From assembly GCA_964622675.1 (NCBI GenBank), contig CAZUUK010000001.1:17900-81899 (forward strand): a stretch of DNA of 64,000 bases. The letters are read 5' to 3'. The notes below the pieces were generated by a model, which made no database searches, had not been told where the DNA came from, and saw only the letters and a program-made list of their open reading frames with translations. The stretch is from an uncultured Planctomycetota bacterium. GTDB taxonomy: Bacteria; Planctomycetota; DG-23; CAZBND01. Positions 26,919 through 36,861 of the stretch are shown in pieces; the first letter of the stretch is position 1; each line of letters opens with the position of its first letter. The position numbers and the translations under genes were made by a program.

Positions 26919-29900
26919 CTACTGCTGCTCCGTGCCTTTCCGGCAGACTTCCATTCGCGCGAAACGGCAGGAGGCGCAGGTTTCTGGAGAGTGCGAAGGT
27001 GGGAACTCACCGTTGGATATAGCGCGTGCGATCTGTTCAATTTCGCGGCGTAAAGCCTCCCCATCACCCGCTTGAAGTGCCCATTCTCTGTGGATGCCGG
27101 GTTCGGTGAAATATACGAGGAGGGAGACGTCTCCAAGTGGGACGGAGAAAGCCTTGGCCACCGAAAGCCCGTACGCGTCAAGTTGAATGCGGTAGCGGGC
27201 GGCGCGTCTGTCCACATCCTTCGGGCCGATGCGATCCGTCTTGAAATCAATTACAGCCAGCCGCCGCTCGGGAAGAACGCAGAGCCTGTCTATGACCCCG
27301 CGCAGGGTCACTTGTCCCAGACGAATGGCGACAGGCACCTCATTGAGTACGTTGTCCGCGCGGGGGGTCAGCTCCCCTACCCTTCCCTCATTGGCGCGGT
27401 TCACTGCCTCGAGGGCCGCTTGAACAGCCGCTGCTCGGTCTGCGCCGCACAATTCCGAAGCCTGCCCTACCAACCGTTCCCCTAACTCTTGGAGCTCGGC
27501 CGGTGCCGCCCCGTGTGATAGTTGGAGGACTCTATGAATGAAGCTGCCTCGGGCAAGAGCAGCGGAGCGTGGCTCTTTGAGATCGCGAACGGATAGCTCC
27601 TCACCCAGAAAGTAGGCGTAAGGGCAGCGACGGTACTCCGCGAGAGCGGTGACGCTCATATCGCGCTCGGGAGCGTGGATGGGCAGCGGCGCCAGGTCGG
27701 AAATGAGCGCCCGTTCGCGGTCTCCCGCAAACGGACTTACCATAGACTGGCGAGCGGCCTCAACTACGTCATCCTTCATGACAGGGGCTGGAAGCTCGTC
27801 GGGAGGGCCAAGCACGCTGAGCAGGACCTCTGCGGGGTTATTGTCGCCCAAGTGCAATACGTGATCCCCCCCCTCGAGGTGGTCCAGACCCAGGTGAATC
27901 AGGATTTGGGGGAGCCAGCCGGTTCCGCTCGGGCGTCGTTTCTGGCTCGGCGTGCATTCTCCGGACAGGATCAGGTGGTCCCGAGCCCGTGTGCAGGCGA
28001 CGTAAAGAAGGCGCTTTTCCTCGGCCAGTTCTTTCCGGCGTGCGCGCCAGTCCACAACCGCTCGCAGGGAGCAATGCTCTTCGCCCGCGGTCGGCGTACG
28101 CCCGGGCAGCGCGAGGCCGATTCCCAGTTCCCGGTCAACGATGGCCGGGCGAGGAGGGCGGCGGGTCTGCCTGCCCAAGTCTGCGAGAATGACTATGGGA
28201 AATTCAAGGCCTTTGGCCGAATGGATTGTGGTGATCTTGACAGCGTTCTCACCCTCCAGGTGAAGAGGTGCTTCGGGTTCCGCCACAGCCCTCTGGGCCT
28301 GGAGATCAAGTATGCGGACAAGGTCCGGCAACGGCTTGGCGGAGGAGTTCAGCTCACGAAGGATGTCGAGAAACTTCCGAATGTTGGCCACCGCTTGATG
28401 GCCGCGGGGTCCGGCTGCGTAGGTTCCCCAGGCTCCCGTTTCCTCCAGCAGGTACTGAAGCAACTGCTGAGCGGGCGCCCTTGCGGCGAGGTCCAGGAGC
28501 CTGCTCAAGAGCTGCCGCATCTGGTCAAGCGCCTCAGCATCGGATTGGGCGAAGCCGTCAAAGGAGGCCAGGTCCCGGATTTTCCCCCAGAGCGAGATTC
28601 GCGCGCGGTTGAGCGATAGGCGGAAGAGCGCTTCGTCCGTGCCCGAGAAGAGAGGGGATCGAAGTATCGCCGCCACGGCCACATCGTCCCAGGGAGCGGC
28701 AAGGAACGTAAGGCAGCTAATGAGGTCCAGTATTTCCGGCTGGCCATAGAAGCCGATGCCAGCGACGACTGCGTAGGGGACCTGGGCGGCGCGAAGCGCT
28801 CGCTCCAGCGCCCCCAGATGCGTGCGTCCTCGCAGAAGAACTGCTATGTCTCCGAACTTGGCAGGCCGCGGCTCTCCGCTGTGGGGATCAACAACTCGGA
28901 TCGGCGCTTCCTCGACGAGCTCGCGGATACGACCGGCAATACGGTATGCCTCGTGTGCGAAGACCGGCAGCTGTGGATGTCTCAGAGAGACGAGAATCTC
29001 GGCCCGGCCAAGATCAGAGCGCGCAACCCTCGTCGGGCGAAGCGGCTCGAAGCCAGGCTCGAACGGTTCCCTGCCAACGCCCGGAGCTGCAAGCAGGCGC
29101 TCGAAGAGGAAGTTGTTGAAGCGAATCAGATTTGGCTGCGACCGGAAGTTCTCCTGCATCAAGATAGTGCCGGGACGTGCCGTCCCAACGGCGACCTCCG
29201 TCTGGGCTGCTTCGTCCATCTCGCGGCGCACCTGTTCCAGCACCTCTACATCGGCGAGCCTGAACGCATATATTGACTGGAGCGGGTCACCGACGACGAA
29301 AAGCTTGTCGCGGGCCAGGGCCGGACCTTTAGACACAAGCTGCTTGATTATGCGCCACTGAAGGAAGTTGGTATCCTGGAACTCGTCCACCATGACGTAG
29401 CGGAAGCGGCTGCGGCAGCGGTCGCCAATGGCTGGATTGTTTCTGAGGAGTTCGAGCGCTTTGAGCTGTAGGTCGGCGAAATCGAGGGCGCCCACAGCTT
29501 CCTTCCTCCTGCGGTAGCTGCTCAACGCAGCCGCTGCGACCCCGGCAAGAGAGTGGAGATGCTCGGCGACGAACCGGTCCGCGGCGGCGTCTATTCGAGT
29601 TGTCAGAAGCTCAGCATGCGGGGCGAGAATCCGGGCAACTGCGCGCGCTGCACTCTTGTAAGCTCCGATGTCCCCACCTCGCCACCGCTGCTTGCTCCCC
29701 CGGAAACTCCTGCGCGGGGCAAACCCCTCTCCCGTAGTGAAGAAGGGAACAAGCTCGGCCAGCACGGGCGCAGGGCTCTCCTGTGAATTCAGTCTGGCAG
29801 CGGCGCCCGAGACGGCCTCGATCAGCTCCGCCGCCTCGCCGTCGGCGAAAGGGGCTGCTTTCAGGATGTGACGAAAGAGCTGCATCAGGTCGGTTTCTTC

Positions 29901-30551
29901 GAGGAGCATCGCGGCGCGCGAGTCCTGCATGGCGGCCACCGCCGCCGCCCAGGCGGCTGCCATTTCTTCAGGGGAATCCTTCGCTGCGGCTGTGAGGCGC
30001 TTTTCAGAGACCTCGCGGTCCGCCAGAAGACTTCTTAGAGTACCCCTAAGCTGCCCGGCGGTCCAGCCCCGCCACAGAAATCGGAGTTCTTCACGAAGCT
30101 CTCCGTTCAGCGGGTCTGTTGCCTCCAAAACAGCCTCGTCCAAAAGAACCGTAGACGTGGGCTCGTCAAGCGTTTGAAAGTCAGGATCGACCCCCGCCTC
30201 CAAAGGGTAAGCTCTGAGCAGCCTCGCACAGAACCCGTGAAGCGTGGAGATAGGTGCGCCGACCAATTCTTCACGAACGGTTCGCCATCGCATCCCATCA
30301 GGCGCCGCAGAGCGATCGGTTATCTCGCGCCGCACACGTTCCATCATCTCAGCCGCAGCTCGTTCAGTGAACGTAACGGCAAGGACGTTTCTGGCGGAGA
30401 GTCTGGGGTTTGCCTCCAGGAGCCGCACGTATCGCCGAGTGAGGACGGTTGTCTTGCCCGACCCGGCACCGGCTATGACGGTTATATTCCTCCCGTGGTC
30501 GAGAGCTTGTTCCTGGGTTTCCGTCATCTGAAAGCTGGTCATCGTTTCCAC
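26919..30551 (-). CDS. addA: helicase-nuclease AddA-type subunit (UvrD/Rep SF1 helicase plus C-terminal PD-(D/E)xK nuclease)
   Basis: Walker A AGAGSGKTT, DEFQDT, SF1 motifs. C-terminal nuclease GVIDRL...VIDFKTD...QLDAYGL plus Cys motif CPYAYF...CASCRFARMEVC. Confidence 0.85.
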   Translation of the reverse strand: METMTSFQMTETQEQALDHGRNITVIAGAGSGKTTVLTRRYVRLLEANPRLSARNVLAVTFTERAAAEMMERVRREITDRSAAPDGMRWRTVREELVGAPISTLHGFCARLLRAYPLEAGVDPDFQTLDEPTSTVLLDEAVLEATDPLNGELREELRFLWRGWTAGQLRGTLRSLLADREVSEKRLTAAAKDSPEEMAAAWAAAVAAMQDSRAAMLLEETDLMQLFRHILKAAPFADGEAAELIEAVSGAAARLNSQESPAPVLAELVPFFTTGEGFAPRRSFRGSKQRWRGGDIGAYKSAARAVARILAPHAELLTTRIDAAADRFVAEHLHSLAGVAAAALSSYRRRKEAVGALDFADLQLKALELLRNNPAIGDRCRSRFRYVMVDEFQDTNFLQWRIIKQLVSKGPALARDKLFVVGDPLQSIYAFRLADVEVLEQVRREMDEAAQTEVAVGTARPGTILMQENFRSQPNLIRFNNFLFERLLAAPGVGREPFEPGFEPLRPTRVARSDLGRAEILVSLRHPQLPVFAHEAYRIAGRIRELVEEAPIRVVDPHSGEPRPAKFGDIAVLLRGRTHLGALERALRAAQVPYAVVAGIGFYGQPEILDLISCLTFLAAPWDDVAVAAILRSPLFSGTDEALFRLSLNRARISLWGKIRDLASFDGFAQSDAEALDQMRQLLSRLLDLAARAPAQQLLQYLLEETGAWGTYAAGPRGHQAVANIRKFLDILRELNSSAKPLPDLVRILDLQAQRAVAEPEAPLHLEGENAVKITTIHSAKGLEFPIVILADLGRQTRRPPRPAIVDRELGIGLALPGRTPTAGEEHCSLRAVVDWRARRKELAEEKRLLYVACTRARDHLILSGECTPSQKRRPSGTGWLPQILIHLGLDHLEGGDHVLHLGDNNPAEVLLSVLGPPDELPAPVMKDDVVEAARQSMVSPFAGDRERALISDLAPLPIHAPERDMSVTALAEYRRCPYAYFLGEELSVRDLKEPRSAALARGSFIHRVLQLSHGAAPAELQELGERLVGQASELCGADRAAAVQAALEAVNRANEGRVGELTPRADNVLNEVPVAIRLGQVTLRGVIDRLCVLPERRLAVIDFKTDRIGPKDVDRRAARYRIQLDAYGLSVAKAFSVPLGDVSLLVYFTEPGIHREWALQAGDGEALRREIEQIARAISNGEFPPSHSPETCASCRFARMEVCRKGTEQQ

Positions 30552-30555
30552 CCGC

Positions 30556-33500
30556 TCACGACTCGAGCACGACGTCCTCTAGCGCAACGGGGAAGCTGAT
30601 ATCAGAGACTTCGAGATCGCCCCTTCTGCAGACGCGCGCGTAGTCGCAGTATCGGCACGAGCCACCCCCTGACAGAGGGGGGAACAGGCCCGAGATTATT
30701 CCGTACGCGTATGCGAGGGCAAAACGCGCCGTCTGGGCAATGAGTTCTTGGAACTTCTCTTCGCCCCGCGCCCGAGTCGTCGGGGTGGGCGTGATCCCGG
30801 GTACAGGGTGAGCATACAAGATGAACTCAGGGCCGGCGCGGCGCGAATCGCGCGCACGGTAGTAGGCGCATGCGAAGGGCTCCAGGCCGTCTATCCCCGC
30901 GTCACGAAGGAGCTTACAGGCTGCAAGCAGGTATATGGGGGGCTGGAGCGCGGTACCGTCGCGAAGTGCGGGTTTCCCGGGCGGGTTCGCGGAGCCGGTC
31001 TTGTAATCGTAAACGACGGCCCTGGTTCCCTGGAGAAGGTCAACGCGATCGATCTCTCCGAAGACACGGATGGATAGGGGGGTTCCCAGGACGCTTCCCG
31101 ATATTGCGAGGGACGGCCCCGTCAGCAAATTGTCGCTGCCATTAGGCCGCGGAGGAGGTCCGAAATACAACTCGAAGTAAGCTGGCACAAATCCCAAGGC
31201 CTGGCGCTCCGCTTCGCTTCGCAGGAACGCTTCGACGAAGCCTCCGTCTTCATGCGGGCCCGGGCCGCCGAGGAGGTTATCTCGCAGCGAGAGGAAGTAA
31301 GCATCGTCGGTGCGATGAGGAAGCCCGGATATTTCCTGATCCATCCTCAGCCTCATTTCCTCTAAGACACTGCTGAATTCGAGAGGAGAGTCCTCAGGAT
31401 CAGGGATGGGCGCGAATACGGGTATCGGGGCCGCGCCCTTGCGCCTGCCGGCCATGAACTTCCGTAGAGCCTTGTGGACAGCGCTTCCCCAGTTAAGCGG
31501 TGAGACTGCCTCCTCCGGCTCGCCTAGCGGCAGGAGCTTCAGGATCCTTTCGAGAAAGAATCTGTACGGGCAGGCGGCGTAGGATTCCAGCGAAGTGACG
31601 CTGAAAATTGTTTCCGCGAACCTTTTTTGCAAGGCGGTGCGGAGGTTGGGGGCTAGGATCGCACCGTCGTAAGGGGTAGCGCCGGGGCTTGCCGCTCTCA
31701 CATGCCATGATTCAAGGCCTCGCACCAAACCCTTTACGACCCCCGGGCGCTGGTGGGCCAATGCACTGAGGAGAGGAGAGAAGATCTTCGGGGGCTCTCC
31801 CCCCGCCGCTACTTCACCGAGCCAGGCGGTCAGGTGGGCTAGCGTTCCGGATGGCGGAGTGTCTGGTCGGCGCAGTACGCTTGCGGGAGGCGCGAGAGAC
31901 GCAATGCCCTCGATCTCGTCCACGAACGGGGAGCGCAGAAACGCGGCTCTCCCATCTGAGGCTGCCCAGGAGACGGTCGCCCCCTTTCGAGCCGAGGCGA
32001 TGTAGGAGTAGAAGAGAAATCTGCTCTGAACGCGACCCGGCGGCTCAGCGAGCAATCCCAGGCTTCTCAATTCCTCGGCCTGATGGAGCCCCACGCGCGG
32101 CTGAGTGCCGGGGAAGTCTGATTCCGTTGCTCCCACGACGAAAACGTAGTCAGCAGGGGCGGTTCTCATCTGGGGACCCCAGTGGAGCTCTATCGCGTCA
32201 CCTGAGGGCGGGGGTTCATCCACCCGTTCCGAGGAGACGGCCGAGCGGAGCAGATGGTAATAGTCGTCCAGCGGCCTGGGCGAAGGAGAACAGAGTTCCA
32301 GAGCTGAGACCAGCCGGGCCACCACCTCCAACAGACGGGACAGTGAGAGCGCCGTCTCAGCAAATGGGCGGCGCGCCTCAGGGGTTTCGGCGGCAGGCGT
32401 CGGTGCCAGTCGGGTTATCCTGAAGTATTCGAGCTGCTCCAGGTAGCGCGTATGGAATTCGGCCGGGACAAGGGGCACAGTCAGGGATTTGAGCCTGTCG
32501 AGCATTTGAAGAATAGCCGGTCTCACCACGGAGAATCGCTGAACACCCAGTCCTTCCCGCAGGCGCGCGATCTCATCCTCCACCGGATCGTGATATTCTG
32601 GATTTCGTTCGGTCTGGAGTTCGATGATACGCTGCAACTGCTCAAGGCGCTCCCGCCATTCGCCGAAGCCTTCAACGATCCGCGCCGCGCGAGCTACGCG
32701 GTCCAGCAACTCGGCGGAAAGCGTGCCGTCCTTCGTGGGAAGCTCTACAACCGGCATCGAAAAGATTCGCAGTACGGAGCGGCGAGAGAAGTTCTGCAGA
32801 GGTGCTTCGAGTAGCGCGAGGGCCGCCGAGACGACCGGCGAGCTAATCAGCGCCCTCCCCGCGGGTATGCGAAGCGGTATGCCGTACTGAGAGAAGACGT
32901 CGCGAAAGAGCGGCCCGTATGAGGCCAGGTCGTTGGCGACGATCTTCACGGAGGACGGGCGACGCATGGGCTCCGAACGGAGGAGCTTCTTTACGGAGCC
33001 CGCAACGGACTCGACCTCTCTGCGAGTGTCCAAATGCTCCGATAGCGCCAGGCGAAAAAGAGGAGCGCGGCCGCTTTCCGCCGATTGGACAAAGAGGCTT
33101 TGCGGCCAGCCAGGCCCATCCCCGGTCCGGACGTTTTGGGAAGCGAACTCCTTGAGGTTCTGGAAGAGGTCGCTGCTTGCGCTCAGCTTGCCGTCGGCAT
33201 CCGGATAGTAGTCAAGAGTAAAGATCCCCTCCGCCGCACCGACGAGCAGAGATTTGACAAATCGAAGCTCCAGTGGACAAAGATGAAAAAAGCCATGTGC
33301 CGCCGCAAGAGAATTCCGGGGAAGCCGCACCTCCGCCGACTCAAGGGCACGAGTTACCGCAAGCAACAAGTCATCAGGATCGAGGAGCGCGTGCTTGCTC
33401 AGCCATCGGTCGTAGGCGAGCATAAGAGGTCCCAACTCGGCTTCCCACTCCGCTGGGATCCGCCGCTTTCGAGTTAGAGCTTCCCTAAGCAGTCTAGGGC

Positions 33501-33900
33501 TCCACAACCCCCGCTTCGCCAGCGATATGAATTCGGCTAAGCGTCTCGGAACGCCACCAAGCCGAGCCGCGGCTGCCAATTTCGGGAAGTCGGAGCCGGT
33601 AAGAAGTGACCGGACGACGGCTTCCTTTTCAAGTGGAGTTATTGGGCGTTCGCCGCGGGGTAGAGATGAGTGGAGCCACTCGGCGAGGGACTTGATGGTT
33701 CCGGTCTTCAAACCGACAACCGCGCCAGAGGGGCATTCGGCCAGGAGGCACCTATTTAACTCAAGGGCTGCCTGACGCGTGGGGAGCAAGGCGTAGGTCG
33801 GTGCTCCTGGACAAGAAGAAAGCTGCCTCACGAGCAACGAAAGCAGCCGTTCGCGCTGCCCGGAGAAAGGTGGCCCGTATATCAGCGTTACTTTGTTCAA
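30556..33900 (-). CDS. addB: helicase-nuclease AddB-type subunit with C-terminal RecB-like nuclease and 4-Cys (Fe-S staple) motif
   Basis: Gene pair with addA (4-nt gap). Degenerate Walker A GPPFSGQR; nuclease IDRVD...VYDYKTG; Cys pattern CPYRFF ... CRYCDYARVC (C-X2-C-X5-C). TTG start. Confidence 0.75.
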   Translation of the reverse strand: MNKVTLIYGPPFSGQRERLLSLLVRQLSSCPGAPTYALLPTRQAALELNRCLLAECPSGAVVGLKTGTIKSLAEWLHSSLPRGERPITPLEKEAVVRSLLTGSDFPKLAAAARLGGVPRRLAEFISLAKRGLWSPRLLREALTRKRRIPAEWEAELGPLMLAYDRWLSKHALLDPDDLLLAVTRALESAEVRLPRNSLAAAHGFFHLCPLELRFVKSLLVGAAEGIFTLDYYPDADGKLSASSDLFQNLKEFASQNVRTGDGPGWPQSLFVQSAESGRAPLFRLALSEHLDTRREVESVAGSVKKLLRSEPMRRPSSVKIVANDLASYGPLFRDVFSQYGIPLRIPAGRALISSPVVSAALALLEAPLQNFSRRSVLRIFSMPVVELPTKDGTLSAELLDRVARAARIVEGFGEWRERLEQLQRIIELQTERNPEYHDPVEDEIARLREGLGVQRFSVVRPAILQMLDRLKSLTVPLVPAEFHTRYLEQLEYFRITRLAPTPAAETPEARRPFAETALSLSRLLEVVARLVSALELCSPSPRPLDDYYHLLRSAVSSERVDEPPPSGDAIELHWGPQMRTAPADYVFVVGATESDFPGTQPRVGLHQAEELRSLGLLAEPPGRVQSRFLFYSYIASARKGATVSWAASDGRAAFLRSPFVDEIEGIASLAPPASVLRRPDTPPSGTLAHLTAWLGEVAAGGEPPKIFSPLLSALAHQRPGVVKGLVRGLESWHVRAASPGATPYDGAILAPNLRTALQKRFAETIFSVTSLESYAACPYRFFLERILKLLPLGEPEEAVSPLNWGSAVHKALRKFMAGRRKGAAPIPVFAPIPDPEDSPLEFSSVLEEMRLRMDQEISGLPHRTDDAYFLSLRDNLLGGPGPHEDGGFVEAFLRSEAERQALGFVPAYFELYFGPPPRPNGSDNLLTGPSLAISGSVLGTPLSIRVFGEIDRVDLLQGTRAVVYDYKTGSANPPGKPALRDGTALQPPIYLLAACKLLRDAGIDGLEPFACAYYRARDSRRAGPEFILYAHPVPGITPTPTTRARGEEKFQELIAQTARFALAYAYGIISGLFPPLSGGGSCRYCDYARVCRRGDLEVSDISFPVALEDVVLES

Positions 33901-33929
33901 GGCTAACTCCCATCGCCGACATCCTACAG

Positions 33930-33957
33930 ATTATATTTCACTGAGCGACGCCGTCAA
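33930..33957 (-). promoter_or_regulatory. sigma70-type promoter (TTGACG-N16-TATAAT) for addBA
   Basis: Minus strand: TTGACG 33957-33952, 16-nt spacer, TATAAT 33935-33930. Confidence 0.6.
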
Positions 33958-33968
33958 ACCTCCAGCAC

Positions 33969-33996
33969 TTGACTCACCCTCGTGACAAGCTATGAT
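33969..33996 (+). promoter_or_regulatory. sigma70-type promoter (TTGACT-N16-TATGAT) for the LolA-like gene
   Basis: TTGACT 33969-33974, 16-nt spacer, TATGAT 33991-33996. SD AAAGGAG precedes ATG 34021. Confidence 0.6.
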
Positions 33997-34020
33997 AGGG
34001 CCTAGGGAAAGGAGTTTTGC

Positions 34021-35088
34021 ATGCAGCGTCCACTGGTTTTTGCGGCTGTTCTGCTGGCAGTCGGTGCAGCCTTCGGGGGAGAGACGGAAGGAACCGACCA
34101 AAAGGAGATTGCGAAGGCGGTCGCTGTGACTTACCTCGACTCCTGGCAGTTCAAGGATTACGAGGAGATGTATCTGCTGCTGGTGGAAGAAGAAAGCAAG
34201 AAGTTCAAGGAGGCGGAGTTTGCGGAAAAGCTCGGGCGGGCGACTTTCGTGCCGGTGAGCGCGGAGATCTCGTCACTGATACACCGAGGGGAATCAGCGA
34301 AGGTACGAGTTACGCTGGAGGATGCGGGAGGACTGGTGAAGAAGGAGACGTTGAGGCTGCGCAAGGAAGGCGCCGAATGGAGAGTCGTACCTTTGTACCT
34401 AGAGCTGCCGGTGATCGCGCGGGTGGCGGGTTCCACGCTGGCGGTGGCGGCGCCGGAACTTGATAAACGGGTGCCTGACATACCGGACCTCGGTCTTGAT
34501 GAGATACTGGACCGGCTGTCGGAACGCGGCGAGGAAGTGGCGGACCTTACGGCTCGCATCAAGTATCAAGCGCCGGTAATGGGGGTCAACATGGGGATGA
34601 CGGGGGATATGATGTACAAGCGTCCTAACAAGTTCCGCCTCGACTTCACGACTCCCGCTGCGATGACGATGACTTCTGACGGGAATAGGCTGTGGATCGT
34701 TGCGGAGCGTCTTGGCTACGTCGCTGACGTCCGCGACATGCAGGAGCAAGAAAACGTAATCCTCGGATTGGGAGACTCGGTAAAAGCCATGCGGCGGGAT
34801 TACGAGGTCAGTCTAGTAGGCCGCGAGCTTGTCGAGGACAAGCCCACCTACCGGCTGGCATTGAAGAGCAGAAAGAAAGATTCTCCCATCGCCTCGGCGG
34901 AACTGTGGATCGATGCAGACTTGTGGGTCCCGGTCAAGAACGTGGCCGAGGCAAGCACTGGGATAAAGGTTGAGCTCATCCTCAAGGACGTGAACATCAA
35001 CGTCGGCCTGGGGGACGACTTGTTCACATACGAGGGCAAGCCGGGTGTGGATATGCTTCCGCTGGACCTGAGCTTTTTCGGAGGGTGA
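34021..35088 (+). CDS. secreted two-domain protein with LolA-like (outer-membrane lipoprotein-sorting) C-terminal half
   Basis: Signal peptide MQRPLVFAAVLLAVGAAFG. The C-terminal half (NKFRLDF...KPTYRLALKS...ELWIDADLWVPVK) looks like the LolA/LolB-like unclosed barrel family. Confidence 0.5.
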   Translation: MQRPLVFAAVLLAVGAAFGGETEGTDQKEIAKAVAVTYLDSWQFKDYEEMYLLLVEEESKKFKEAEFAEKLGRATFVPVSAEISSLIHRGESAKVRVTLEDAGGLVKKETLRLRKEGAEWRVVPLYLELPVIARVAGSTLAVAAPELDKRVPDIPDLGLDEILDRLSERGEEVADLTARIKYQAPVMGVNMGMTGDMMYKRPNKFRLDFTTPAAMTMTSDGNRLWIVAERLGYVADVRDMQEQENVILGLGDSVKAMRRDYEVSLVGRELVEDKPTYRLALKSRKKDSPIASAELWIDADLWVPVKNVAEASTGIKVELILKDVNINVGLGDDLFTYEGKPGVDMLPLDLSFFGG

Positions 35089-35139
35089 GCAAAAAGGACG
35101 CAGCTCCGGGCCAGCTTCTGCCCCACGAGGAAGGCTTGA

Positions 35140-35499
35140 TCACAGCTCGGGATTGTCGATGAGCCTTGGTTCTCCCAGCTTGGCGGGATAGAAGGGCTCA
35201 TCGTATTCGGGAATCAGGAAGGTTGCAGTCTCGAAGATACCCGACACCTCGCGGACAAAGAACCGCGAGAATCCCGCGAGCAGTCCGTGCGCTTCGCCGC
35301 TGATGGGCTCGAGATCCTGGGGAGGATTTCCGAGAGCCAGCGGTATTTCCAAGGGTGCGATGATGATGTTGATTAGGCCGCGCTTGAGCTTGTGAAACGG
35401 GTTGGCACGCTGCGCTGCCTGGGCTTCCGCAAGACAAAGCGATGCAAACACAAGCGCGATAAGGGCGCAGGCAAGCCCCTTTCTCCTGAGACTCTTCAT
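35140..35499 (-). CDS. small secreted protein resembling the exosortase system-associated TIGR04073 family
   Basis: Signal peptide plus KLKRGLINIIIAPLEIP motif and about 120 aa size, as I recall for TIGR04073. Confidence 0.45.
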   Translation of the reverse strand: MKSLRRKGLACALIALVFASLCLAEAQAAQRANPFHKLKRGLINIIIAPLEIPLALGNPPQDLEPISGEAHGLLAGFSRFFVREVSGIFETATFLIPEYDEPFYPAKLGEPRLIDNPEL

Positions 35500-35605
35500 C
35501 TGCTCCTCCTTTCGAGTATCGCCCCCGGATGGTCCGCGTTGCGGACAGCAATATTTATAACGTGCCTGGCGACAGTGTCAATGGAAAATCCCGGCGTCTC
35601 GACGC

Positions 35606-35634
35606 TTGATGACCGAGTGGACGGTTGCTAGAAT
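35606..35634 (+). promoter_or_regulatory. sigma70-type promoter (TTGATG-N17-TAGAAT) for argD-rph-rdgB
   Basis: TTGATG 35606-35611, 17-nt spacer, TAGAAT 35629-35634. Confidence 0.5.
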
Positions 35635-35663
35635 CTAGATTCCGCTGCGGTAAGGAGGAGCCA

Positions 35664-36854
35664 ATGGAAACTTCCGAGATCATGTCGCTTTGTGACGAGT
35701 ACACAATGCCTAACTATCCGCGCAAGCCGGTTGTGCTTGTGCGGGGGAAGGGGTCCAGGATCTGGGACTCGGAGGGGAAGGAGTATCTGGACTTCTTCCC
35801 GGGCTGGGGGGTTAACGGCCTTGGGCACTGCCATCCGCGGGTGGTCGAGGCGATAAAGGATCAGGCCGAGAAGCTTCTTCACGTCGCAAACGACTACTAC
35901 AACGAAGTCCAGGGGAGGCTGGCGGAACTCCTTTCCACCAGATCCTTCGGCGGCCAGTGCTTCTTTTGTAACAGCGGCGCGGAGGCCAACGAGGCGGCCA
36001 TAAAACTCGCCCGGATAGCCACCGTGCCCGGGAAGTTCGCCGTCATAACCACGAGGAATTCCTTCCACGGAAGAACATTGACCACGGTTGCGGCGACGGG
36101 GCAGGAGAAATACCAGCGAGGATTTGAACCGCTTCCGCCGGGATTCTCTCACGTGCCGTTCAACGACTTGGAGGCGGTGCGGGCGGCGATCGCGCCCGGG
36201 ACTTGCGCCGTCATGGTCGAACCCATCCAGGGGGAGGGCGGGATAAACGTCGCAAGCGAGGAGTACCTCGCGGGCCTGCGCCAGCTTTGCAATGAGAAGG
36301 GCCTGATCCTGATCCTCGACGAGGTACAGACGGGGATGGGAAGAACGGGAAGACTCTTCGCATACCAGCACTACGGGATCGAGCCGGACATCATGACGCT
36401 GGCGAAGATGCTGGGAGGCGGCGTTGCGATCGGAGCTGCCGTAGCGCGAAGGGAGATTGCGTCAAACCTGGTTCCGGGGACTCACGCATCAACTTTCGGC
36501 GGCAATCCGCTGGCTGCACGGGCGGCGATCGCCACAATTGAAGCGATCGAGGCGGAGAATTTGCTGGAAAATGCGGAGCGAATGGGCAAGCTGATAACCG
36601 AGAAGCTGAACGCTCTGGCGCGCCGCTACGGCGGCATACGGGAGGTGCGAGGAAAAGGGGTAATGATCGGCGCCGAGATGGAGTTCCCCGCAACGGACCT
36701 AGTTCTGGAGTGCATGAAGCGAGGGCTGCTCGTTAATTGCACGCACGACACCGTCGTACGATTCCTTCCGGCCCTTACCGTTACAGAGCAGGAAGTGAAC
36801 GAAGCGTTGAAGATATTCGAAGGGGCGCTGGCAGACCAGGCTTCCAAGGCTTGA
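35664..36854 (+). CDS. argD: acetylornithine aminotransferase (class III PLP aminotransferase)
   Basis: SGAEANEAAIKLAR, LDEVQTGMGRTG, TFGGNPLA motifs. ATG 35664 is preceded by SD AAGGAGG (35652-35658). Confidence 0.9.
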   Translation: METSEIMSLCDEYTMPNYPRKPVVLVRGKGSRIWDSEGKEYLDFFPGWGVNGLGHCHPRVVEAIKDQAEKLLHVANDYYNEVQGRLAELLSTRSFGGQCFFCNSGAEANEAAIKLARIATVPGKFAVITTRNSFHGRTLTTVAATGQEKYQRGFEPLPPGFSHVPFNDLEAVRAAIAPGTCAVMVEPIQGEGGINVASEEYLAGLRQLCNEKGLILILDEVQTGMGRTGRLFAYQHYGIEPDIMTLAKMLGGGVAIGAAVARREIASNLVPGTHASTFGGNPLAARAAIATIEAIEAENLLENAERMGKLITEKLNALARRYGGIREVRGKGVMIGAEMEFPATDLVLECMKRGLLVNCTHDTVVRFLPALTVTEQEVNEALKIFEGALADQASKA

Positions 36855-36861
36855 GGCAGTC

